Positions 40,749-49,794 of a stretch of 64,000 bases of DNA are shown here, one piece after another; within the stretch, counting starts at the first letter, position 1; each line of letters starts with the position of its first letter. The notes beneath the pieces were generated by a model. That model ran no database searches and was not told the origin of the DNA. It saw nothing but the letters and a program-made list of their open reading frames with translations. The stretch covers positions 6,410 through 70,409 of the forward strand of contig JAMJFQ010000001.1 in assembly GCA_023544605.1 (NCBI GenBank), given 5' to 3'. The position numbers and the translations under genes are program-made. The DNA is from ANME-2 cluster archaeon (GTDB taxonomy: Archaea; Halobacteriota; Methanosarcinia; Methanosarcinales; Methanocomedenaceae).

Positions 40749-41333
40749 TCACTCCGGCGGTCTGGAACACACTACAAGGTAATGATACGGTCCAGCCTCC
40801 CTCGTCTCCACCAGTTCGAATCCGCTTAGCCGCAGTAAGTCTAAAACATCCAGTTCAGAGAAACGATGTTCCACAGGCGGACCCACCGGTGTCTCTTCTT
40901 TCTTCCAGTCAACCACTACCAGGATACCGTCGCTCTCCAGTATCCTTATAACCTCTTTCAGTACCAAAGGGTGGTCATCCAGTTCATGGAACACATTTGC
41001 CATGAACACTACATCAGCTGCCCCGTCAGGCACAGGGAAACTGGACTCACCTGACAATACAGGCTTGATATTGGTGATGTTTAGGATTCGTGCTTTGCTT
41101 TGAATAACCTCCACCATCTCATCCAGAATATCCAGTGCATATACCTCTTTTACTAGTGCAGCGGCTGGAAATGCGAAATATCCGGTTCCTGCACCGACAT
41201 CAACAAATACCGTATTTTCTCTCAGATAAAGCATCTTAAGAATGGATTCGGGGTCAAGGAACTCTTTGCGACCGGGGTCATCAAGTACTGCAACGTTTTT
41301 TGCATCGAATTTATGGGACATGTAAATCTCCAT
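40749..41333 (-). CDS. Class I SAM-dependent methyltransferase
   Basis: 194 aa with motif I VDVGAGTGYFAFPAA, then VFMANVFHE. An alternative ATG is at 41321. Confidence 0.8.
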   Translation of the reverse strand: MEIYMSHKFDAKNVAVLDDPGRKEFLDPESILKMLYLRENTVFVDVGAGTGYFAFPAAALVKEVYALDILDEMVEVIQSKARILNITNIKPVLSGESSFPVPDGAADVVFMANVFHELDDHPLVLKEVIRILESDGILVVVDWKKEETPVGPPVEHRFSELDVLDLLRLSGFELVETREAGPYHYLVVCSRPPE

Positions 41334-41483
41334 TCATTTTATAATCATAAAGGGATATAAATTTATTGTGCGGTTTTGGCACAAACACACAATACTCTGT
41401 AATTTTATTTCATTAACATTCAAATAACCGTTGCCATCAGCCGTCGAACAGGTTAAATCTCATCAGGTATTACCTACCGTACT

Positions 41484-42158
41484 ATGCGCATATCATATCT
41501 GGCCCTTTCAGAAGCGCGATGCACGGTACAGGTATCTGGCTGCAACTTCAGGTGCCGTGGCTGTTTTAGTAATGAGAGGCACCAGGGTGGTGTGGAAGTA
41601 TCCCCAGCCCGCATCGCCGAACACATACCCACAGGCAGGGAAGTTATGCTGGCCGGGGGCGAGCCCACTATGAATAGGCAGGAGCTGCTTTCACTCCTGC
41701 ATGAACTGGAGGGGCGCAAGGTCATTATTTCCACCAACGGATACTGCCTGGATAGAGAACTGTTGGAAAACCTCGCTGACGTTACGGTCCACATCGACCT
41801 CAAAGCCCTGGACCCTGACCTGCACAGGTGGTACACGGGCAAGGATAACAGCAGGGTACTGGAAGCAGTAAGGATGCTTCATGACCAGGGATTCGACTTT
41901 GAGGTGAACACCGTCTATATCCCTGAAGTAATTGATGCTGGTGAGATCGAGCGCATAGCAGCATTTTTGTCAGATATAGGCGATATCAGGTACAAGGTCA
42001 TACGATACGTACCTGTTTGCGGTTTTTCCAGAAGACCGGGAAAAGAAGAGATATTTGCCGCCGTCAGTGCTGCCGGCAAGCATCTGGACACTGTTTCAAG
42101 TTCCATTAAAAACCGCAGTCATCCTGAGCACAGGCACGTGTTGCGACTGGACCGATGA
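41484..42158 (+). CDS. Radical SAM protein (activating-enzyme-like)
   Basis: 224 aa with CNFRCRGC (Cx3Cx2C) near the N-terminus and the GGEPT SAM-binding motif. Confidence 0.8.
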   Translation: MRISYLALSEARCTVQVSGCNFRCRGCFSNERHQGGVEVSPARIAEHIPTGREVMLAGGEPTMNRQELLSLLHELEGRKVIISTNGYCLDRELLENLADVTVHIDLKALDPDLHRWYTGKDNSRVLEAVRMLHDQGFDFEVNTVYIPEVIDAGEIERIAAFLSDIGDIRYKVIRYVPVCGFSRRPGKEEIFAAVSAAGKHLDTVSSSIKNRSHPEHRHVLRLDR

Positions 42159-42314
42159 TCTTGTGATCGAATTACTTTCACTCTACTCTTGGCTTTACTA
42201 TATTAACCGGGCGGTCAATCCCTGATCGTACAATAAGTATGGGAAGGAATATCACCGTTCACTCTTTTATTCCGTCATACTATTCCTTCCCCCATCCCCT
42301 TAAAAAGGCCATTC

Positions 42315-42773
42315 CTATTTCAGCAGGTTGTTGTATGACTTCTCTATCAGGTCATCCACCTGGATCTGGTACTCTTTTGCCACCAGTATTCCCAGCACCT
42401 CTATTGTGAACAGCCCCCCGGTCTCGCTGCGCTTTTGATTTATGTTCGCAATGATCTTTTGTTTTTCAAGTCCGGTATTGGCCATTATCCTTTCAACTAT
42501 CTGCTCGAACACGTCCTTCTCCTGGAACACAGCTGCATCAGGTTTAAATCCTATAGGGATATCCACACTTTCTATATCAAACCGTGCTATGAGCATCCCC
42601 TCTTCCCTGGCTATGATACCGTCATCGATCGCTGCCTTCACAAAAGACTTTGCCGTATCTGGCTTGAACCAGTTAAGGTCCATGGACAGGGCCATGACGA
42701 ACTCGTTCTCCTTCAGTCGATCGGTCCCTTTGCGCTTGAAAGGCTGGGCAGCGGTGTACAGAATATCGTTCAT
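42315..42773 (-). CDS. Conserved hypothetical protein, co-oriented 7 nt downstream of radB (possibly DUF2240-like)
   Basis: An ORF of about 152 aa from the ATG at 42773 (MNDILYTAAQPFKRKG...). No catalytic motif recognised. The family name is from memory only. Confidence 0.5.
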   Translation of the reverse strand: MNDILYTAAQPFKRKGTDRLKENEFVMALSMDLNWFKPDTAKSFVKAAIDDGIIAREEGMLIARFDIESVDIPIGFKPDAAVFQEKDVFEQIVERIMANTGLEKQKIIANINQKRSETGGLFTIEVLGILVAKEYQIQVDDLIEKSYNNLLK

Positions 42774-42780
42774 AATGTTC

Positions 42781-43452
42781 CTATAAAATACCTTTTTCGG
42801 TAATAACAAGTTCTACTGACTGTCCTTCTTCCCTTGAGCGATGTTTTATCAGGGCAGCCCGTCTTATATTGATACCTGTCCTCTCCATCTTTATTATGGT
42901 CTTGGAAAGGTGTTCTATGAGATTACCACCCAGAGGACGTACCCCCCCAGTCTCGGTATCAGTGTAGACCTGGTTTGTTATCACAACCGCCATATCGAAT
43001 TTCCGTGCCAGCCTGTGAAGACCTGCCAGCTGTTCCACCAGTTTACGCCTCACACTCGCATTCCCTTCATCGTCCGGCGATAATCCGAACCGGTAAAAGA
43101 GGGTGGCAGAGTCCACGATCACCAGCCCGATACCTGTAGCTGCCAGTTTTTCAATATCCACCACCGCAGAATACTGCTGCTGGAAATCCTTTGGTTCATA
43201 GATAATAAGGTCTTTAGCAAGCTCTTTTGCATCCCCTTGTGCCATCTGGCTGAAACGTTCTGCTGAGAACCCTTCGGTATCGATGATGACCACTCTCTCC
43301 CCACCCCTGATACACTGTATTGCAAGCTGGGTGCAGATATTTGTCTTGCCAGTACCGGATGCACCGTATACCTGGGTTATTATGCTGCGTTCGATGCCTC
43401 CACCCAGCAGTTCGTCAAGTTTTCCACTCCCTGAAGGCATGCGTTTATCCAC
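42781..43452 (-). CDS. radB: DNA repair and recombination protein RadB
   Basis: 223 aa. LDELLGGGIERSIITQVYGASGTGKTNICTQLA (Walker A), VIVDSAT (Walker B). A short RecA-core-only protein without the N-terminal HhH domain, as in RadB. Confidence 0.88.
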   Translation of the reverse strand: MDKRMPSGSGKLDELLGGGIERSIITQVYGASGTGKTNICTQLAIQCIRGGERVVIIDTEGFSAERFSQMAQGDAKELAKDLIIYEPKDFQQQYSAVVDIEKLAATGIGLVIVDSATLFYRFGLSPDDEGNASVRRKLVEQLAGLHRLARKFDMAVVITNQVYTDTETGGVRPLGGNLIEHLSKTIIKMERTGINIRRAALIKHRSREEGQSVELVITEKGIL

Positions 43453-43506
43453 GGCGCTGTTATTATCGTTATTACTCTGTGTTGTCAGTGTCAGTACCCC
43501 TGTCAG

Positions 43507-44505
43507 TTATAGATCATTTATCGTCAATAGAGATATACCGTCAGTTTCCTCCGTCTTAGGGATCGGTTCGCCTGTCAGTATCCAGCCTTTCTTAGCAGGC
43601 AAGGCATCCATGTACAGCTTCATTATATTCAGGTCATCGGGAGTTGGCGTTTCCATGTATTTAATTAATACATTGTCGTCCCCATTATCAGCAAATGCAT
43701 CAAAAACGTACGGCACCCCTGCCGCATCCACGAAACTGATATCCCTGTATTTCCTGTACTGCTTCAATCTGTTCAGTGCAAGTTCCACCAGTTCCTGGGG
43801 TGATTCCCCAAAGATGATCCCGGCCGGAGGCGAGGGTATTTCAGTATCATCTGTCTGCATATCAATATCAACAGGCAGGTCAAACATCTCATTAAAGAAA
43901 GTATCTGGTTCAAGTCGTACAAATGTCTCATCTGCTATCAGATAGACCGAAATAATGTCACCGATGGTGTTAGGTGCCAGACCGTCATCCCCCAATATAG
44001 CCTCCTTTATGCTGGGCGTGTAAGTATCAGCAAAATCCTTGATATCGGTAAGAGGTATCCTGATAGCCAGTCTCCGGTGTGGTCCCCTGTCATATACCTT
44101 GAACCCAAAATCCCTATTAATTTCAGCTTTCATGTTATTTACGATAAGTTGTACATTACTCCTATCCCCCAACAGGTCTTCGATCAGGCTGCTTTGCACC
44201 TTGACCGATTTCTTGCCGGTTACCATTACAACAGAATCAAGATAACGGATATCCTCTATATCCATTTCCAGGAGCACATCCTTTATGCTCTTGATCACAT
44301 CACAGTCCTGTGATGGTGCCATGAACACTAATATCCATTCACCGCCCGCTCTTACGGTAATAGGCTTGCCGGATTCAACTAATGCTTCCAATAAATTGTT
44401 GAATGGATTATTTTTCACATCTAACACCTTGGGTGAATGGAACTTATACGGTAGTATTGATATATTGATGCTAATACTATAGAAATAGTTTATCAAATTA
44501 TGCAC
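43507..44505 (-). CDS. Hypothetical protein (first gene of the radB operon)
   Basis: 332-aa ORF with no motif I can assign. True start is uncertain (the first ~25 codons look non-genic). Its stop is 54 nt upstream of the radB start, same strand. Confidence 0.5.
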   Translation of the reverse strand: MHNLINYFYSISINISILPYKFHSPKVLDVKNNPFNNLLEALVESGKPITVRAGGEWILVFMAPSQDCDVIKSIKDVLLEMDIEDIRYLDSVVMVTGKKSVKVQSSLIEDLLGDRSNVQLIVNNMKAEINRDFGFKVYDRGPHRRLAIRIPLTDIKDFADTYTPSIKEAILGDDGLAPNTIGDIISVYLIADETFVRLEPDTFFNEMFDLPVDIDMQTDDTEIPSPPAGIIFGESPQELVELALNRLKQYRKYRDISFVDAAGVPYVFDAFADNGDDNVLIKYMETPTPDDLNIMKLYMDALPAKKGWILTGEPIPKTEETDGISLLTINDL

Positions 44506-44516
44506 GGGGAATTTGT

Positions 44517-45065
44517 GTGATCGAAGTAGAGATCAAAGCGCCACTATCTGAGAGAGAAGCAGTGATGTCCATGCTTATAGAACGTGGATGTACTTATCTG
44601 GGACATCGCATACAGAGTGATACCTATTATAATGCCCAAGACCGGGATTTTGCCAAAACAGATGAAGCACTCAGGATCCGCAAGGACGGTGAATGCCACC
44701 TGATCACGTACAAGGGTCCGAAGGTCGGCACAATTTCAAAGAGTCGCAAGGAGGTTGAACTGGAGATCAGCAGCCCGGAGGTGGCAGATGAACTGCTTAC
44801 ATGTCTGGGATACAGCAAAGTGATGAACATCAATAAGACCAGGGACAATTACCGGTTGGACCAGTATACCATATCCCTGGATAATGTGAGGGGACTGGGC
44901 GATTATATTGAGATCGAGACAGCTGCACAAACTGAAGGAGAAGTACCGCATAAGGTCGAGAATATGATCGCCTTATTTACCAGTATGGGGCTTACGAAGG
45001 ATATCCTTATCACAAAGTCTTATCTTGAACTGCTAAAGGAGAAGAGTAGTGAAGGCTTAGATTAG
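44517..45065 (+). CDS. CYTH-domain protein (class IV adenylyl cyclase / triphosphate tunnel metalloenzyme)
   Basis: 182 aa. The N-terminal MIEVEIKAPL carries the ExExK signature; later ALRIRKDG...ITYKGPK is typical of CyaB/ThTPase-like proteins. Confidence 0.8.
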   Translation: MIEVEIKAPLSEREAVMSMLIERGCTYLGHRIQSDTYYNAQDRDFAKTDEALRIRKDGECHLITYKGPKVGTISKSRKEVELEISSPEVADELLTCLGYSKVMNINKTRDNYRLDQYTISLDNVRGLGDYIEIETAAQTEGEVPHKVENMIALFTSMGLTKDILITKSYLELLKEKSSEGLD

Positions 45066-45066
45066 A

Positions 45067-45546
45067 TCAGATCACCTTGCTCTCTCCATGGACAGTCCGT
45101 ATGATCATCCTACCACTTTTCACATCAAATTCTACAATACGCCCGTAATTCCCACCCACATCTTCGGCTAGCAAAGGAATACCCTTCTCCTTTAACAATT
45201 TCTTAGACTGAACGATGTTCTTAGTACCGATGCAGTTCTCTGAGTCTTTTGATGTCTGGAACATCATTGAACCGCCGCATATCTTTGCCACCAGGTTTTT
45301 CTTATTGCATCCCAGTTTTTCAAGTTCCCTCACCATTTCATCTATTGCCGAATCCACAAATTTTCCGGGTTTAACATTGGGACGATTTGCCAAGTTACAG
45401 GGGAGCATGATATGGGACATACCCCCGATACCCTCGCTTTTATCGTAAATAGTAAGTCCAAGGCAGGAACCCAGACCATGAATGGCTAATACATCATTGT
45501 CACTGGATATGACCATTTCAGCCATGTTCACTCGTCTGTATGCCAT
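45067..45546 (-). CDS. cheD: Chemoreceptor glutamine deamidase CheD
   Basis: 159 aa: HGLGSCLGLTIYD (catalytic Cys context), GMSHIMLP. Confidence 0.85.
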   Translation of the reverse strand: MAYRRVNMAEMVISSDNDVLAIHGLGSCLGLTIYDKSEGIGGMSHIMLPCNLANRPNVKPGKFVDSAIDEMVRELEKLGCNKKNLVAKICGGSMMFQTSKDSENCIGTKNIVQSKKLLKEKGIPLLAEDVGGNYGRIVEFDVKSGRMIIRTVHGESKVI

Positions 45547-45588
45547 GATTCCTCACCCTATACTCTTAGAATATCAGCCAGTTATAAT

Positions 45589-46212
45589 TTAATCAATCCC
45601 GACTTTAAGATCGATCTTGTCAATAATTTTATTGATTGACTCCTGCTCAAGCAACAGGAGCAGGTTTATGCTAATAACATTTTCCGCTATCAATAATTCA
45701 CTTTTGACCGTAAGCGCATAAACTGTCTCTTGATTTAGTTTCAGGATAGAGTCCTGAGTAATTGCTCCCATCATATCTATTGTTACCTGGGGTGCTGAAG
45801 GGATGATGGTAATGTTGAGCAAATTACTTATTATACTGATATATGACCCGCATAAAATATTGCTCAACTCGCCCAGGCAAGAATATCCAGTAGGACTTGC
45901 TACGAATTCATCGTTAATATCTTTCTTGAGCATAGAACAAAGATGTTCCCTGGCCAGTTCAAGAGGTATCAGTGTTAGCAAACTCCCATCCAGATCCACT
46001 TGGAGTTCGTGATGAATACCCACAACGAGTGTCCCAGGGTCACCCAGCAGATACTGTATGTCATCCAGGGGCAGGAAGAATATATCACTAAATCTGACGT
46101 TCACCTTCCGGTCCAGTAAACGGGACAGGGAGGTGGCAGCGTTCCTGCTGCTGAGCCGTCCCATTCTATCCATAAAAGATGTTTGTTTTTCAGTTAATTG
46201 CAACGTTTTCAT
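45589..46212 (-). CDS. cheC: CheC-family CheY-P phosphatase
   Basis: 207 aa. The second site SCLGELSNILCG fits S/DxxxExxNxxxG. The first site (DRMGRLSSRNAA) is degenerate. Confidence 0.75.
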   Translation of the reverse strand: MKTLQLTEKQTSFMDRMGRLSSRNAATSLSRLLDRKVNVRFSDIFFLPLDDIQYLLGDPGTLVVGIHHELQVDLDGSLLTLIPLELAREHLCSMLKKDINDEFVASPTGYSCLGELSNILCGSYISIISNLLNITIIPSAPQVTIDMMGAITQDSILKLNQETVYALTVKSELLIAENVISINLLLLLEQESINKIIDKIDLKVGID

Positions 46213-46231
46213 TTTTTACCTCGATATTTGG

Positions 46232-48310
46232 TTATAATAATGTATTAAGCAGAGAATTAATATCCAGTATCAATGCAACCGTTCCACTCTTAATGATAGT
46301 GGCACCTGCAAATCCCGGAAGACGCCCCAGGGACCGCCCTAATGATTTTATCACCACTTCTTGCTGACCCACCAGTTCGTCAACCATCAATCCAACAAGT
46401 CGTTCTTCATGTTCCACAATGACCACAAAGTAGTTGTCATCAGAAAGGTTGCTTTTTGCCTCAAAAAGTTCACTCAGCCTTACCAGCGGAATAACTTTTT
46501 CTCTTATGAGACAGGTCTCTTTTTTATCAACCATTTTTATCTGGTCTTTGTGAATTTTGATAGACTCAAACACGTTATTGAGCGGTAGCACATATATCTG
46601 GCCAGCCACCTTCACTACAAGACCCTTAATGATGGCAAGAGTCAGGGGTAATTTCAACTTCAAACGTGTCCCTTCACCTGGTGTGGAATAGGTTTTAATG
46701 CTGCCACCTAACCGTTCGATATCTCTCTTGACCACATCCATTCCCACCCCCCTGCCTGATATGTCAGAAACTGTTGCTGCGGTGCTGAATCCTGGTAGGA
46801 ATATTAATGAGACCAATTCATCATCGCACATAGCAGCGGCTTCATCTTCTGATATCACTCCTTTTGATAGAGCGGATTTCATTACTATATCTGGATTGAT
46901 GCCTGCGCCGTCATCCGATATTTCAATGATTACATGGTTCTTTTCACGACTGGCCTTAAGTTTCACGATCCCTTCATCAGATTTTCCAGCAGCCAATCGC
47001 TCTTTTGGCATCTCGATACCATGGTCAATTGAATTTCTTAAAATGTGTACCAGAGGGTCATTTATCCCATCAAGTACCGTTCTGTCCAGTTCAATATCTC
47101 CGCCTTCCACCACAAGTTTGACCTTCTTACCACGGCTTCGGGACAGATCACGGATAATACGTGGATATTTACTAAAAATATGGTCAACAGGAATCATCCT
47201 TATTGACATTATATCTTCCTGCAATTCCTCTACTATCCGGCTTAGATGGCCCACTGATTCTGCAAGTTCTGGACTATCGTACTTTGATATGGTATGCTCA
47301 AGCCCGACCTTGTTGATCAACAGTTCACCCACGTGATTCATCAAAATATCCAGTTGGTGGATATTGACCCTGATGTTCTGAATGGTCAGAGTAGGTGCAG
47401 CTGCCTGATTTACAGGTATTTTATTCAGGGGAGTATTTTCTGTTACCTGTACCACTGGTGGAGTAACACTTTCCTGGGCTACCTCCTCGATGTCCAGGGA
47501 ATCCAGGTCGAACTCTTCCGTTTCATCCTCTTTCTCACCTTCAAATATCTTGATTTCAACATCAGAGATCTCAGAAACCGCAAGGGCGCTCTCTTTGAGA
47601 ATATCTCTATCGGCATTAGATGCCAGTATTACATGAAATGTTCCAGGATTTGTCTCCTTGATGGTTGTCTCGGGCGGGTAGACTGCAATTTTGTCACCGA
47701 ATTTTTCAAGGTTACGTATTACAATAGTGGCCTTGGCAGACTTAAGCCCGCATCCCGCGTCAATTGTGACGGTTATTTTATATACATTTTCACCAGATTC
47801 AACAGCTTTGGAAGCGCACCTTAATTCATCTATACTCAGTTCGATCTCGCCAATTTTATCATCATTTTTTTGAATCCCACCGTTTTTTTGAATCCCGCCA
47901 TTTTTTTGAACGCCACCATTGGTTTGTGTTTTATCCAGGACCGACACAAGTTTTTCAATTAATTCTTTTTGTTCAATTATGTCTTTATTTTCTGCAATAG
48001 CTTCTATCATGGATTCAATGACATCAAAACTTTCAAAAATCACATCCATGATCGGCTGGTCAATATCTATCTCTTTATTGCGTATCTTATCAAGCAGGTT
48101 CTCCATTTCATGTGCCAGATGGGCCACTTCATTATACTCCATTGTGGCAGAATTACCTTTTATGGTATGAGCGGCCCTGAATATCTCATTGATCAGGTCA
48201 TTGTTCCCAGTATCCTGTTCAAGTTCAACAAGGGAACGATTCATATTCTGGAGGTGGTCCCTCATATCATTGATGTATATATCCTTGTATTCTTCAAGGT
48301 CATTACTCAT
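46232..48310 (-). CDS. cheA: Chemotaxis histidine kinase CheA
   Basis: 692 aa: HPt AAHTIKGNSATM, N box HILRNSIDHGIE, G1 DDGAGI, G2 GRGVGMDVV, C-terminal CheW-like domain. Confidence 0.93.
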   Translation of the reverse strand: MSNDLEEYKDIYINDMRDHLQNMNRSLVELEQDTGNNDLINEIFRAAHTIKGNSATMEYNEVAHLAHEMENLLDKIRNKEIDIDQPIMDVIFESFDVIESMIEAIAENKDIIEQKELIEKLVSVLDKTQTNGGVQKNGGIQKNGGIQKNDDKIGEIELSIDELRCASKAVESGENVYKITVTIDAGCGLKSAKATIVIRNLEKFGDKIAVYPPETTIKETNPGTFHVILASNADRDILKESALAVSEISDVEIKIFEGEKEDETEEFDLDSLDIEEVAQESVTPPVVQVTENTPLNKIPVNQAAAPTLTIQNIRVNIHQLDILMNHVGELLINKVGLEHTISKYDSPELAESVGHLSRIVEELQEDIMSIRMIPVDHIFSKYPRIIRDLSRSRGKKVKLVVEGGDIELDRTVLDGINDPLVHILRNSIDHGIEMPKERLAAGKSDEGIVKLKASREKNHVIIEISDDGAGINPDIVMKSALSKGVISEDEAAAMCDDELVSLIFLPGFSTAATVSDISGRGVGMDVVKRDIERLGGSIKTYSTPGEGTRLKLKLPLTLAIIKGLVVKVAGQIYVLPLNNVFESIKIHKDQIKMVDKKETCLIREKVIPLVRLSELFEAKSNLSDDNYFVVIVEHEERLVGLMVDELVGQQEVVIKSLGRSLGRLPGFAGATIIKSGTVALILDINSLLNTLL

Positions 48311-48876
48311 TGCGAATTCACCAACTCGATAAGCTTGTCGGTAATAGCCTCGGGTGATAACACATAATCCACATGGCCTGATTCAATGGCATTTCTCGGC
48401 ATATCTTTGGCAATACAGCTATGTTTGCTCTGTGCAATTGTGATGCCACCTGCATTTTTTATAGCTTCGATACCCTTAGTACCATCAGCTCCTGCTCCCG
48501 TGAGGACAACTGCTATGGATTGGTCCCCATACTCTAAAGCAGCGGATTCCATGGTAATGTCAATGGACGGTTTGACATGATGTCTGGGTGGGCTATCTTT
48601 CAGTATTATTCTACCGTGTTTTATTGTCAGGTGTTTTTCCGTGGGCGCTATATATACAATCCCGGGCTTTAGCATCTCCATATGCTCCCCCTCTTTCACT
48701 ATGATTACACTTTTATTTTGAAGGGTTTGGGCAAGTTGTTTGCTGAAATTAGCTATTATATGCTGTATAACTACAATGGGAACAGGGAAATCATGAGGCA
48801 GTTTGGGTATAATATTTTTCAGTACCGTTGGGCCGCCGGTTGATGCTCCTATTACAACAACTGAAATCATGGTCAC
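48307..48876 (-). CDS. cheB: Chemotaxis methylesterase CheB, catalytic domain only (no receiver domain)
   Basis: 189 aa beginning directly with ISVVVIGASTGGP. Catalytic Ser (GASTGG), His (VVIQHI) and Asp (GAGADGTKG) contexts are present. Only 24 nt separate it from the cheY stop. Confidence 0.85.
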   Translation of the reverse strand: MTMISVVVIGASTGGPTVLKNIIPKLPHDFPVPIVVIQHIIANFSKQLAQTLQNKSVIIVKEGEHMEMLKPGIVYIAPTEKHLTIKHGRIILKDSPPRHHVKPSIDITMESAALEYGDQSIAVVLTGAGADGTKGIEAIKNAGGITIAQSKHSCIAKDMPRNAIESGHVDYVLSPEAITDKLIELVNSQ

Positions 48877-48900
48877 AGTATGCCGTTATTATTCAAAAGA

Positions 48901-49260
48901 TCACAGGAGTGCTTTGTTTATGATCTCTATTATTGTCTTTTCATTGAAAGGTTTCACAATAAAATCTTTTGCACCGGCCATTATAGATTCCATTACCAGT
49001 TTCTGTTGGCCCAGTGCACTTATCATCACTATGCGTGCATTCGGGTCTTCGGACCTTATGGATTTTACTGCCTCGATACCCGTGGTTTTTGGCATCACAA
49101 TATCCATGGTAACCAGATCAGGTTTGAGTTCCCTGTACTTCAGGACAGCTTCAACCCCGTCTACCGCTTCTCCGATGACCCGGTGACCATTATTAGATAG
49201 GATATCTTTCAATAGCGAACGAATAAAATCAGCATCATCTACGACCAATATATCTGCCAT
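48901..49260 (-). CDS. cheY: Chemotaxis response regulator CheY
   Basis: 119 aa single REC domain: ILVVDDADFIR, DLVTMDIVMP (phospho-Asp), IVKPF. Confidence 0.9.
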   Translation of the reverse strand: MADILVVDDADFIRSLLKDILSNNGHRVIGEAVDGVEAVLKYRELKPDLVTMDIVMPKTTGIEAVKSIRSEDPNARIVMISALGQQKLVMESIMAGAKDFIVKPFNEKTIIEIINKALL

Positions 49261-49290
49261 GTATTTTCCTCATATTGAGTTATTAAACTA

Positions 49291-49782
49291 TCAGGTATTT
49301 ACTGTTTCCATTTCTTCCTTAATTTTTATCGTTTGCGCCAATTCAAGGTCGCTCAGTATTTTTTCAAAGTCAAGAAGGATCAATATTCTATCATCGATTT
49401 TACATATACCTTTCAGATACTCCTGGGTTTGAGCATGTTTGATGGAGGGAACACTGACAATCATGTCCAATGATATCGTTTTCACTTCGTAGACCGAATC
49501 AACAACAGCACCGAAAGGTTCACCCTGCAGGTCGATAATAATTATCCTGTTCGCATCGTTTTCCAACGGTTCCATTTCAAAACGTTTGCGCATATCGATC
49601 ACTGTGGTGATCTGTCCTCTCAGGTTGATGACACCTTCAACAAAATCAGGCAGTTTTGGTATCCTGGTAATTTCTACCATACGGATAATCTCCCGTACAC
49701 AGGAAATATCGACGCAGTACTCCTCACCACCCAGACTGAAAATGACAACCTGCACCTCTTGGGATCCAACGTGTTCGGTCAT
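49291..49782 (-). CDS. cheW: Chemotaxis coupling protein CheW
   Basis: 163 aa: VVIFSLGGEEYCVDISCVREI...GVINLRGQITTVIDMRKRF. Confidence 0.9.
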   Translation of the reverse strand: MTEHVGSQEVQVVIFSLGGEEYCVDISCVREIIRMVEITRIPKLPDFVEGVINLRGQITTVIDMRKRFEMEPLENDANRIIIIDLQGEPFGAVVDSVYEVKTISLDMIVSVPSIKHAQTQEYLKGICKIDDRILILLDFEKILSDLELAQTIKIKEEMETVNT

Positions 49783-49794
49783 GTGAACTACCCT

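Noticed and set aside
43283-43945. 220-aa plus-strand ORF
   Set aside because: Antisense across radB and the upstream unknown gene. Ser-rich low-complexity translation.
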